Source: Glycera tridactyla
Taxonomy: Eukaryota
Direction: 5' to 3'
NCBI GenBank assembly: GCA_965644265.1
Contig: OZ286464.1
Span: forward strand, 92,070,001-92,134,000
DNA length: 64,000 bases
Under the pieces are notes generated by a model, which saw nothing but the letters and a program-made list of their open reading frames with translations, did no database searches and had not been told where the DNA came from. Below, in pieces: positions 12,680 to 25,800 of the stretch (positions are counted from its first letter, which is position 1; each line of letters begins with the position of its first letter). Both the position numbers and the translations under genes were made by a program.

Positions 12680-13669
12680 GTGAAAGACCACTCTTTTAGC
12701 AGTAGTAGTGTCTATTGGTCAAAGATCCTATTTGGGTAATTAATGTTCTCAACTGACTGATCAGATTTCATGATTCACTGAATAAGTGGAGGATTTGCAT
12801 GGACCCCATGCTCAAGGTTACCTCCTGCCTTCTGAGTGCCACCTTGTGGGAATGGGGAAAATTAGGTCGGAGCAATGAAGGATTATATATAATTAAATCC
12901 TCTCATACTGCTCATGTAGTAATGAAAAGGCTGTGTGTCATGATTTGTGGGTTGAAATGCACATTCTTCAGGTTTTGAATTCAATACACCGGGTCAAAAC
13001 TAAAATTATGGCAAAATTTGAGTCCTCCCACATCCCGGAAATGAAAGAGGAGTTCCATGGACAACATCACCATTATGCAGTATTATTTTCGTATTGATTG
13101 CCGGAAATCAACATCAATTGCCAACTAACTGTAACTTAACACAATTTTGCTTTAGCATTATCACTGGTTGGGAATCAGTTGTAGATTTGCAATCAGTTGG
13201 TGAACCAAACCAGCTGATAATTGATTACTATAGACAATGTCAGCGTCAGTGCACTGACGGTGCGTTCGTAGTGACACCTGTTGTGTGATAATTTTCTGAA
13301 GAGAGACATCTGCTGGATGCCGTGGTAACTGGTACTCTGCATGATTGACTCCAGGTGTCACTCATCACATGGCTCCCTTGCGCCCCCTGAGTCACCCCCT
13401 GCAGCTAGTGCCACTCCACACATAACGGATTGATTTTGTATTTTAAAAACTGACATAACTCAGCATGAATTTTCTTGCATATTTACTGCTGCATAAAAAC
13501 ATGTGGCAGAAATAAGTTCTAATTCATCCAAACTCCTGATGAGTATGCAAATAGACGTTTGCTTCGTATTTGTTGGATTGATTATATGTTACTTGTCCCC
13601 ATGGACAAGCAGCTAATGACCTTAATGTCAAGCCCTGTCTTATCACAAGCCTGGTTATTGATTGCAGAG

Positions 13670-13831
13670 ATGAAGGAAGCTGTGGTGAGCAAGCTGACGA
13701 CGATCCGTGTCCAGGATGTGACGTTGATCATCCTGTGTGCGCTCTCCATCTACCTCTTCCGGGTGCAGCAACATCATACTCTCCTGCCACAGTGGCGTCA
13801 TGACTTCAACATGTCCTACTATGCCAACACG
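13670..13831 (+). CDS. NERD1-like exon 1 (start, signal anchor)
   Basis: MKEAVV...VTLIILCALSIYLF...YYANT; preceded by TTGCAG-AG (probable 5'UTR intron acceptor); donor GTCAGT. Confidence 0.8.
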
Positions 13832-16800
13832 GTCAGTGCTCCGCCAAGCTGGCATCACAAGAACAGTCTCACACATCCCTGAATCTAACTCATCCCATTA
13901 CATATAAGCAGTCTATATATTATATTAATGGACGATATAGCCCTTTGTGATTTCCCTTGCTGAGTTTGAATAAATTTGTTCAAACTGTTGAATTTACCTG
14001 CTCTCCCAAATCTCAGGGAGAGTGAATTTGATTTCGGAAGAGGGAAAAGATCAATTTACTCTCCCAATAGGAGAGTGTAAATTTTGCGGTTGACGAGAAA
14101 GTGATGGATTTACTGTGAAGACAGAGCACCACAATTTTGGCATCCTCAACAGCAGACCCTATTCCCTATGAGATTGTTCTGCATATATGTGCACATGTAT
14201 GATTCTGAACAGCACACCCCAGCATACCATGGTGGGGCGTAGAAAGTCACAAAGTATGACATAGATGAGTCAGAATTCATGTCTTGAGTAGGTGTTTATT
14301 CACACAAATGTCTTACCCTTGAATCTAGTTTTGGCTTGTTTTCCTCTTTGACCTTGCCCTAATGCAGGAGAGTGAATCTGTTTTCAGGAGAGTGATTTTT
14401 CCTATCTGTTCTCCCGATGGAAAAGTTGCTGGAGAAGTATTTCATGAAGACTATAAGTGTAGAGCTAGGAAAGTTTCTCATGTACATTTCTGCCAGTGAA
14501 CAACAATTATGGACAGTGACCCTATTGGAATTCAGCCTTTTTCACGCAATAGTTTGAGTTCATCCATTTTCCATTTTCAGCGTTTCCCCGGTGAAGATGA
14601 GAGGCTTCCTCGACCAATCATCACTGACCTGGAGGGTGATGGTGTCAGTGAGGTTGTCATGGTAACTAATGAGATGCGTCTGGAGGTACTGATCTTCCCA
14701 CCAGGTGGTGCCCATTCCGTTCTCCCAGATTTAGAAGTCAAATACTCGCAGCTGCTTCCACTTGAAGATGAAGATGCTGTCAAACGAAGTCACCCTGTCG
14801 TCATAGAAACAGGGTTTCTCTCGAAGTATACCACATCAGCAGAACCACGAGAGCAGGTAAGTCATTTTGAACTAGCATGAGAGTTGCAATCTTCTACATA
14901 ATATACATAATGGAATATGATGGAATCTGATCGTGTTTGCATTTTAAGCCATTTCTCTCATACTCATCATGGTGTGCATCTGTCGATGAATTCTTCAGCC
15001 TTGAACACTGATAGATGGTACCATGGGTCAACCCTATCAAACCAGCAGATGGGAGGGTGGTTCCTGTAGTTCCATGGTGCCGCATTTGTATTTCTGTACC
15101 TTTGCAGATGTATTTTCAGTGAGTGTCGGACAGCACAAGCAATGTACCCTCAGGGACAGCTTCAAGCAGCAATTATAATTGTGTTTTTTACATAAGTATT
15201 TGAGGCGAAATTGACGTCAATATGCATGCTCATAGCATATCATTTCACAGTTACAGTAGTCGACTATGGATCGAACCTTGAACCCAGTCATGATCGAAAA
15301 GAGAGTGATTAAAAGCATCAGGTCACTGACTGTTGCTCCTGTGTTTGTAGGTCATAGTCGTACTGTTGGACAATTGGAACGTGCTCTGCTATAACAGTCA
15401 GCTGCAACTGCTCTGGACGCAGAAACTCATGGAAGTTGGCGAGGCAAGAGACAGTTACTACGTCAAGTCTGCTGGCATTCTTGTCTCATCCACTCAGCTC
15501 ACCCGCAAAGATCAAGGCACCATCATTGTTGGAGCTAGTTTTGCCCACAAAGGGCATGAGCCACAGTAAGTACAGTGAAATGTGCTAGAGACACCAACTA
15601 TTTATATAAAAACCACCTGCTCATAAAGGCCACCCTGAGCTGCGACCCTCATAGTATTTTATGAACAGTAAATGACCTCCCCATGAAGACCACCTGCCTA
15701 TTTAGGCAAATTTCCAATGCAACCACCGCTGGCCTTTTAGACAGATTCAACTGTACGTAGCTGAAGTAGAATTAGCATTGTTCTCTAGTTAGTTCATCTG
15801 GCCTGAAAGCTTATGTTATCAGGCAGCATCCATCTGTCTTCAACATCCACAGTTCATAGAAATCATATCTCCTTCTTAATTTCTCACTGGATTTTGATTC
15901 AGATTGTTATATTGGTTTGAACTAAGCATTGTGCACCAATCTTAGTCACATTTAGTGTTAAAATTCTTGTTAATGACTTGGTAATCAGGCTATTAAGTCA
16001 TTGCCCAAAAGTCACAAGAATTGTACCATCTCTCTCAATCATTCTACAGAAATGTGCATTTTTCCTCCAATCTCAATCACTTTCCATCCTGTGGTTTGGG
16101 TTACATGGTTACATACATGAATTTGTGTCAGATATGGTACTGTCTCTAAAGGTGGTGATCAAATGCTCTCAGAGGGCCAAATTTTAAACTTCATTTTTTT
16201 CAATGAACTTCCATCAGGTGTTGGTGCCCTTAGCCTGGGACATCAGGTTCTGGTCATAGGAACACTGAATCCCTGTATCCCTCAAATATATACAAGCAGT
16301 CATCAAAAGTTCGGTGTTGTAACACTTTTTGCCAGTTTGAGAAAAAACAGTTGTGCAAGCTTTAATTATCCATTGAGCTGATCACTATTTTGGTACATTG
16401 TAACTTGGTCTCATACGCCGACCTTATGATAGAACCAGCTCTGTTAAAAGATTTTCTACCTGGATGCATGCAAGTCAATAAGTCTGGTGTTGTAACAGGA
16501 CATAATAGCTTTGATTGGGTATAAAAAATAGAAAAAAGCTACTGAGGCAATCATAATGCTACATCAGAATGTGTATGGAAGTACTGCTAATTTTGGAGTA
16601 CTGACTTGCCACCCAGTTCCTCATGGAAACTGGTGAGCCTCACTGCAAGATCATGTCCTAGTTACAACACAAATATTATTTTCACATCTTGCTTTATTGG
16701 AGAGTCCCTCTCACTGGTTCCTCCATATTGCTTCAGGTTCTCTTCTCTCTAGATAATATCTTCAATGTTATATCACATCTGTGAACAATCCAGGCACAGA

Positions 16801-19800
16801 GATAAGAAAAACCGGCATGAAATCATTATAAAAATCATGTAGTATGGTGTTGTAAGTGGACAGTGCCATATCTGCCACATTTCATTGCATGATACACCAA
16901 AATTTTGTATAAATCATCCCTAAGGTATCATTCAATCAATCATGAGATCAGATTGTTGAGAAATGGCTGTTTCAACACAGAGAAGGGATTAAAGTCTGTT
17001 TTGTAAACAGGACAGTCCAGGTTACAACCAGTGTTGTAACACAGGACATATTTGGACACCTTATTTATATAGTGTGAAAAATCATTTGTTTATCAGTGCT
17101 CTGATTCTCTTTTGCTTTTAACACATATATAGCATTGAGGAGAAAAGGAATGTGTAAGACATGTATGATACATGAACTTTTTTCCATGGATTGGACAGGG
17201 GGTCGAAGTTTGGTGTTGTAACAAAAAAAATTAGGACATTATGTTTGAAATCATCTCTAAGGTATCATTCAATCAATCATGAGATCAGATTGTTGAGAAA
17301 TGGCTGTCTCAACACAGAGAAGGGATTTAAGTCTGTTTTGTAAACAGGACAGTCCAGGTTACAACCGGTGTTGTAACACAGGACATATTTGGACACCTTA
17401 TTTATATAGTGCGAAAAATCATTTGTTTATCAGTGCTCTGATTCTCTTTTGCTTTTAACACATTTATAGCATTGAGGAGAAAAGGAATGTGTAAGACATG
17501 TATGATACATGAATTTTTTTCCATGGATTGGACAGGGGGTCGAAGTTTGGTGTTGTAACAAAAAAAATTAGGACATTATGTTTGAAATCATCTCAGTCAG
17601 TATATAAATGGAATTTCTGCCTGATTTTTTGAAATGATTCAAGATGGGTGATTACCTTGATAAAGGATACTTTGTTGGCAGAATATCGTTTGCCCAAAAT
17701 ACCAGGTGGAATGCCACTGGTGTTGTAACAAAAATACCCAAATTAGTTACAACACCTTCAGTCACTGATATTTTCCAGATGAAGGGTTTTACAGGAGCAC
17801 GAGTAGTAAATATGTGTGGACATGATGGTTTTCTTTCATTTGACACCAAATTTGTGGGGTTGTATTGTTCTGATGCCAGGATATGATTTTTTAAAATAAA
17901 AGAGTTGATAATTGTTCCTCAAAATAGCCAATTTTAGGGTTATTTTTGCACTTTGACATCTGATAAATGATAGTTTCCATTGAGATATCATCTTGAAATT
18001 CAAGCATATGACAAAGAAATATGTTCTGTCTTATTTAGTGAAGAGTTGGTGCAATTATATTCTCATGGTTTGTGATGGCGGTTGTTTTACTGATTTGGAC
18101 ATTTTATCTTAGGCGCGATCACCACCTTTAGAGACAGTACCATATGGCAAAAACTGGGAGCATACAAGTAAAAAGAGGATGTTGCAAGGAGTAGATGGAA
18201 CCGGATTTGTGATAGTGCACTCAATGTCATCACTTTATTGCCGTATCATGTGCTTGCAGTTCTGCACACAGTCGTGGTATGCATGTATGGATACAGGGTC
18301 AACAGCATCAACCAATCATTTGCACAAATTGAATACTAACAGATTCTTCAATATGGAAGGAACTTTGCTAATTCTTAATATATATGTTCATTTACAGATT
18401 TGCCGACAGGTATTTATTCATATATGACATTACTTAATCATGGTCCCAACAGCATGCGCTCTGTCTCCGTGCATGATAGCCGGAATGTATGAATGTAACA
18501 ATGAACATGTGTTCATCCAATCTGTGTAGTTGTTAATGTTCATAACTGCCAGAGCGTGCAGTATTTCACACACAAATCCCGATGCAGAAATGGCTCTGGG
18601 CGCTTGACAGAGAGATCAATTTCATTGATCAGATTGGGTTCCGATTGTACTGATTTGATGTTACCCTCTAGAAACTGATATTGATGCATTCAATTTCTAT
18701 CAAGGCAGAATTCATGATCAAATGGATTTTCATTGAATAAGCATGTTCCGATCTTCATTTTCTCAAAAACATCTATCAATGTTTCAAGCGATTGCATCTT
18801 ATGACTTGTTTCACAGATGACCCCCCCCCCCCCCCCCCCATGCCTTCTCCCTCCGAAAGCTATACCAGTCCGTGGGTTTGATGAATAAATCCTGAATAAT
18901 TGATTCTTAACACTAATAGTTACCAAGCTGAAAGTCCTTGAGTCCCTCCCACATACATTGGGTTAACTTTGACCCCCCCCCCCCCCCCCCCATTTGATTT
19001 TACAAATTTTCAATACCATCCACGAATTTCAAATGGGTTTCCAATCTACCCCCTTACACTTCTGATTAGCCCTTGTTGTGTCAGTCCATGAATGTTGGTA
19101 TGTTGTTCATTCCTCATTTTCATTTGATTTGGTTAAAACAATTGTGACCATGATAAGAAGTGGACCACATTTCTGTGTTTGTTGTTGATATCTGACTCAG
19201 TCCTCGGTCTCGTAATATCCCCATGTCAGTACCACATCATGAAATTTATTTCCACAGTAATTGTCATGAATCCATGATCTGTAGAATATTCAAGCATCTT
19301 TAGTTCCTGTGAATCTTCACTTAGACAAGATCCTGATTTAATACATGTATGCACAGTATAAGTCACACTGTGTCGAGATACCGTGTTTCCTGTATCATTG
19401 TGCTGATAACCTTTGTCTTATCTGTCGCTGGTGAAATGTGTAGTGGGAACTAATGTCTGGGGTCCCTTTAGATGCTGGGTCAGAAGAAATACCCTTCCAC
19501 CTGCCTGGGGCTGGTATATTCCCAGGGTTGGCAGCTAGATGTTGAATTTACCGCAATGGCAGATGGTAAAAAAACAATAATAAATGCAGTCGACATACAT
19601 ATAATGATGTATAATGAGGGCAGATTGAATTTTGAATGTAAAGGACGAATCGGAATATACCAGCCGACCGTACAAGTACATTTCGTACACATCATCTTGA
19701 CTTGAGATGGCAGCCATAATTGTATATTGAACCTTTCTATTTGAGTTGTGAAATAATGTGGAAGGTTTGTTGCACCATATTCTGTAACAGTGAAACCTGT

Positions 19801-22800
19801 CTTGGGAGACCCCTCTTTGAGGAGACCACCCTCTAATGGGAGACCGCTGCTTATCGGCTCTTTTCTATTTGACATAGTCAAATATACCTCCAATGAGAGA
19901 CCACCTGTCTTGAGAGACCACATTTTGTTGGCGTTTGGGGCGGTCTGCCAAGACAGGTTTGACTGTATCTGCGAATGGGTATTATGTCCTGTCCGTTAGT
20001 TATATGTATATATGTTTGTCTCTCCCGGTGATGCTGTTTTGACATGATTCAGTCATTCTTTCAATTCGTAGCCTTTGGAAGTATGAGGTGCCCATCAAGA
20101 CCAAGTTTGTCCATCCCGCTCGCATGCACGCTACAACAACGCCACCGCCAACTGATGTCAATGCTGAGACCTTCGTACACTTCTCCACATTTGCTATCAG
20201 CGGAACGGATGGCTCGGTCAGGTGGCACCATCTGCCGGGCGACTTTGAAGCAGACCAGTCAAAAGTGAGCATCATTACCTCTTAATGTATATGTGTAACC
20301 CTCCAGATCCAGCCTTGACCCTATCATTATCTGACACTCGCTAGCTGCTGATCCATCATACTCACCCAGTGATTGAAATCAATTAAATCATCAATCATCA
20401 ATTACGAACATCCACAATTAAAGTAATCAGAAATTCAGTATTGGGAATACTTTTTCCTCTGACAGTGAAGCCCACAAAAAATCACTTTATTGATTTATGA
20501 TTACTTACTTTTCTTGTAAAATGGTCATGAATTTGGTTTTGCAGCAACATGATCCACATCACTGGAAGCTTGGTCTCAAGAAAGGGGTGCATCACCTTGG
20601 TGAGGAACACTGGACAAGGTTCAGTCAGGACCTGCTCAAACAACTGGTATGTACTGAATGAAGAACTATGCTGATATAATCTGAATTGCTGTGAGAGTAC
20701 AGAGTTCACTGTATTCAGATGCAGCGGTTGAGCCACAACAATATGAACCTATAATCCAGAATGAGGCTGAAGGTATTTTCTCAGACAGTATTTCTAAAAA
20801 TACACTGGGATGAGCCCATAAAAGTAATTCATGCCAAACATATAGATATTTTCAAATCCCTGATGGTTCATTTTTCTCCAAATATATGTGGAAAACATTC
20901 AAATGATTTTGAGGTATGCAATGGCTCTACTACCAGAAGGCAATCTGAATCGTGGTGAGATTTTTTCTCAATATAGAAGCAGAAATCCCTGTTAGTTGAT
21001 GCATGAACCCATATAGTGTATGGTGACGATGTAGGAAATTTCTTTCAAGTAGTGGCTCCTAAAGACTTCTCCCCTCCCTGTTTTCACTGATACCTTTCAT
21101 GTCCTACTCGATATATATTTTCAGCCATTCAGCTGGACTAATATCCATGATACGCATCTGGAGTTGGGCTTAATGAGGAAGAATGAGTTACTGAAGGCGC
21201 TGCATGAGCAGGCCTCAAGTGCTGAATCCAGTACATCAGCCACGGATCTGCTCGGAGCACTGTCATCCGAGCATCTGATAGGATCCACGTATGGTGGCAT
21301 GAAACCCCACAGTCGTCACGAACATGTTGAGACGCCCAATTCGGTTCTCGTGTTCAGCCATTATGGAATCGAGATCCTGAGCCTGGCCACTGGTCGGCCT
21401 TACTCCAAACTGAAGCTGATGGAGGAACAAGTGGCGTTTGCCGATGTCAATGGAGATGGAGGTCTGGACCGGGTTCGAGCCCATTTTGCAGATGCCAAAT
21501 GTCAGGTAGTGCCCAAATCTTCCATCTTGAGTGATATTCAAATATGACTTACTAAAAAATGCTGGTGCTAAAGATATACCCGTCATGATGGGACTTGACA
21601 GATTTGAACTCTGATTTTGTTGTGGACCAAATGTAGCATTCTTGAATCAAGATGTCACTTACGCACATTGTGTTCTATAGTCTTAGTAACCTGCATTGGA
21701 ATGAAATATTCCGAGCATTCTCCCACATAATTCCTTCAGGTTTTTCATCTTCAGTGCTGTACCTGTGATTTGGCATCCCACTGGCTACGTTGGTCAGTCA
21801 GTTATTGGATGTTGGTTATGATGATATTGTTTTTGATGTTACAGTTGGAAGCTACAAGTCTGCAGCCAGCTGTACAAGTGCTCTTCACCGGTCCCATCTG
21901 TAACTCCCCCAGCTGGCTCGGCTCTCTCTCACTCTCCTCGCCTTTCTTCCCCGAGCCCACTGTCACCGAGTACACACACCTGTCTCTGACACCCGTACTC
22001 GTTAAAAGGTAATACATCTCAGATTGATTTTATCATGTTCCAGAGCAGTTTGCATGCAGCTTTTGCATTATTCAGGGTTGAAAGAAATCAAAATGTGCTG
22101 AATAATCAGGAATTTTGTTATGATTTCTTCCACTCTATTCAGACCATTTTTGAATGTAATACTATCTCAGAACTTTCCTGCGGCAGGTTCAACTTGCTTT
22201 CATGTTGAATAGCTGTTTGATGCAGTGAAGAGGTCCAATTTGATGTGTCCCTGAAAACTCACTTGCCTTCTTCTTGATCATTCATACCTGTAGATCCACC
22301 AGGAAATCCCATCACCACCAACTTTTGTTATAGTATCCACAAAGCAGGCTTCCAGTGGAATTTCATTCTATGCATTTGTGAAAATTGTTTAACAAACAAT
22401 GCCTTTTTGCTGATGGAGAGCTAGTTGTAATAGTTTGGCAAATATGCAAATGGATAGTATCAAGCAAATATACTAGATGGCGTGGTGGTAGTATCAACAA
22501 ACAATTGGCGCCAAATTATCTATAGCTGTCAGTGCCGATGTGTATTTCGAAATCCCTCCCAATCCCACCCCAATCACCTTACGTGGTATATATATTCTCG
22601 ACCATTGAATTGTATTATGCTGACAATTATTGTTCATAATTGGTTGTATTTCCCTTGACAGACTGTAGTATCTGATGTTTTTTACATTGAAGTTAGATTA
22701 TAAGCAGTATGAGGAAAATGTATGGGATATTCTACTAAAATTAATTACATATTCATACAAATTGCATCAAGGCGGGCTATAAGTAAATGTAGTTGCCACT

Positions 22801-25800
22801 GGCTAGTCAATGCCAGTCAACTTCCAATCGATGCTGTATATATGTTGAATTCTTGTATGGATTGTCATGGTAATGGTGGATATCGCAAACTGAAAAACAA
22901 TACAGAACAAATTGATGATTTGTTTATTACAATAGTTACATCAGATTAGGGATTCGTGATATATCATGTGGTGATGAGCAGTGAAGAGGATTCAGCAATA
23001 GCTGACCATACGAATTTGAATTTTGAATGGAAAATTGAATTTGAATTGAATTGAATAGAGGTATTCAATGGGGGGGGGGGTAAAAAGTATTCAAAATTTT
23101 GGGAAAGAAAAGGGCCACATGATTGTATGCATATCGTATCAAATGTACACCACGATATATTGTGTTGTTAAAAAAACAGTTGGTAAAAATAAAAATTACC
23201 AAAACTGGAATATATTGTTGTGTCTTTCCTACAAGCAAAAATGATTTCACTCTTTAATATTGTTACAGTGTGGCATTACGCTCAAGTCCGATGCAGCATT
23301 TGATGGGGCATTCACTTCCATCACAGCGAGCAGGATATGACACGATCGTGATGACTTCCACAGGCCGACTCTCGTCATATGGACCCCATGGCGAATTCAA
23401 TTGGCAGGTAGGTTGAAGTTTCACGAAGTGGTGACTGTTTTCTGAGAAATTTAGCTCAGTTGGGCTACATCTAGGTATTCACCAGCTTTGCCAGTCTTTG
23501 AGGAATCGGATCCAAGTAGGGAAGGGCTGAAATGGAAGAAATTTTGACAGCTCCCTGGGAATTCTGAATCATTTCCACCACTTCACTCCTTACTTGATGA
23601 ATTTTGAAGGACTCCCTAATGATGATGAATAGTTGATTAGATGTTGAGCTTGACTCGATGCTGAGATGACATCCATTATATGTTGATAGGTACGAGCTCC
23701 TGCTCGATGGTCGGAAATCACTCATGCCATAACATCAGGTAACTTCCGAGGGTCTGCAGTTGAGGAGGTATACCGCGGTTCATTCAAGCCCAGCATGACG
23801 GCGTTTGCAAGACAAGTTTATGGAAAAAAGGTGTGTGATGCAGTGATGAAATATGATGGTAAAATGACATTTAGTGATTGTAGTGACCGTACAATATGGC
23901 AAATTTATATCTTTCAGAATTCAGCAGAGTTTGGGTATTGAAGAAAATGTGTATGATGGTAGTATTTATGACGTAACTTGGTGAGAAACTGAGTGTTTTA
24001 ATTTGACTTCCAAATCCATCAATGATATTGCATGGCCCTCAAAGGCCATGGGAAAACCCTACAATTCAGTTCTTATAGATGGAAAATGTCCTGGCTGTTC
24101 TGCCTGACACGGGCTCACATGGAATACAGTTGGACCTCTCTATAAAGGCCACCTATGATCTCATAAAAAACTGACATTTGGAGGCAGGTAGTCTTTGTAG
24201 AGAAGTCATTTACTTTTGAAAATACTATAACAGTTGCAGCTCAGGGTGGCCTTTATAGAGAGGTGGTCTCTCGGTCAGATTCGACTGTATAATACTTGAA
24301 CATGTTTATCAAAATAATGTTCTTGTTGTGAATAAAAATATGTGAGTATCCTGATGTGGAATTAATAAGGAATATTCAATTTTGATTCAGCCATTTTCGT
24401 TGACGTATCATTGACAAGTGTGGCATCGTGAAATTTAGGTATAGTGACATGCCACTCCTGACACAGCTCCAGGATGTTCTGATGAATAATTCCTCTTTTT
24501 CAGACATTGATGGTTATTCTCGGCTGGGATACGATATCCGTTGTCGGTTTAGAAGATGGTCGTCTATTAACAGAGCATTCGTTACCATGTCAACCTATCG
24601 CATCCCCCAAAATAGCTGATTATAATAATGATGGCGTCAATGATATCATTCTTTCATGTCCATCAGGGTAAGTGCCATTGTTGAGACGATTCGCTCAGAG
24701 ATCAATTTGATAGCTTTCTACTAATTGATGTTACTTTGTCAGATTCAATTCTATCGCCTTTCATTTTGGACAAGAAAGTCCTGGTCATCATTTTCCATGA
24801 AAATACTTGTTTAGCTTTCACACAGGAGCATCTTGTGACTCATTTCACACAGGATGAAAGTGTTCTGTCCTTGCAATAAAATCCAGGCCCATGTTGCCTC
24901 TTTTATAAGACCCAAAATAGAGGTTTGATTTGTCATGTTGAATGGATTCGTTTCATAGAATTTTCAGAGAGTATCAGCTTCTCTTTGACAAAGACCTATG
25001 CCCGTTACATATTGACCCTGCAATATACATCCGCTCCTGGACGACCCCCATGAGAAAATTTGCCCTGTCATAATTCTACTCATCGAAGACAACTCTGAAA
25101 TTGGCAGTCTGAAATCCAACATGTGTTCCCTCTCTCGAATGTTGAATAATGAATATGGATGAACATTGAAATGCTGTAATTTTCACATTACCTCCCAAAG
25201 GAACTGTCTCTGCCACCATTCATGTATTATTTCCAAGTAAGATCAGCCCATTGATTTTGCTTCATCACTGTGTGAGGATTGCCTCCATGGTATTATATAC
25301 TCCCAGAATCAGCTCTGTGCCTTAATAATTAACCACGACAGCGCGCACTTGGTCGGCGCTACCACGTCCGACGCACGAGTAACATCCGAGGCCCTTCAGG
25401 TAGCGCGGGTGGAGGACGTGGTAGCGCCGGCCAAGTAGCGCTGGAGGGGTTAATTGTAGTTCTGCCACACCATAAATGGATGAGAAATGTCTTATTAACA
25501 CCGATCACTGCTGATTAAGCCCGAAAACCCTGTAAAATTGCCAGAAAATGGCCTGGAAATAGATAACATTGAATATATGTACGGGGCCGATATAACTAGG
25601 ATAGGGTTGAGATGAGTCACTTCTACATTGCAATCAAGGAGTCACCTGATGATAGATCTAAACCAACATATGATCAGAAATTGAGGAATAGCACCCTCCA
25701 AGCTAGAAACATATCAAATTGTGAGTTCATAATAAAATGGCTGTAAAAATATGATTCTTTGTGATCACTTTGGACTGAATAATTCCATACTTGGGGAAGC

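Noticed and set aside
15265-15292. B-box-like GGTTCAAGGTTCGATCC on the minus strand (tRNA?)
   Set aside because: No cloverleaf or A box; at most a SINE head relic.
18113-18427. Possible additional NERD1-like exon
   Set aside because: The required phase hits a stop; exons 3 and 4 already join in frame to give a family-typical length.
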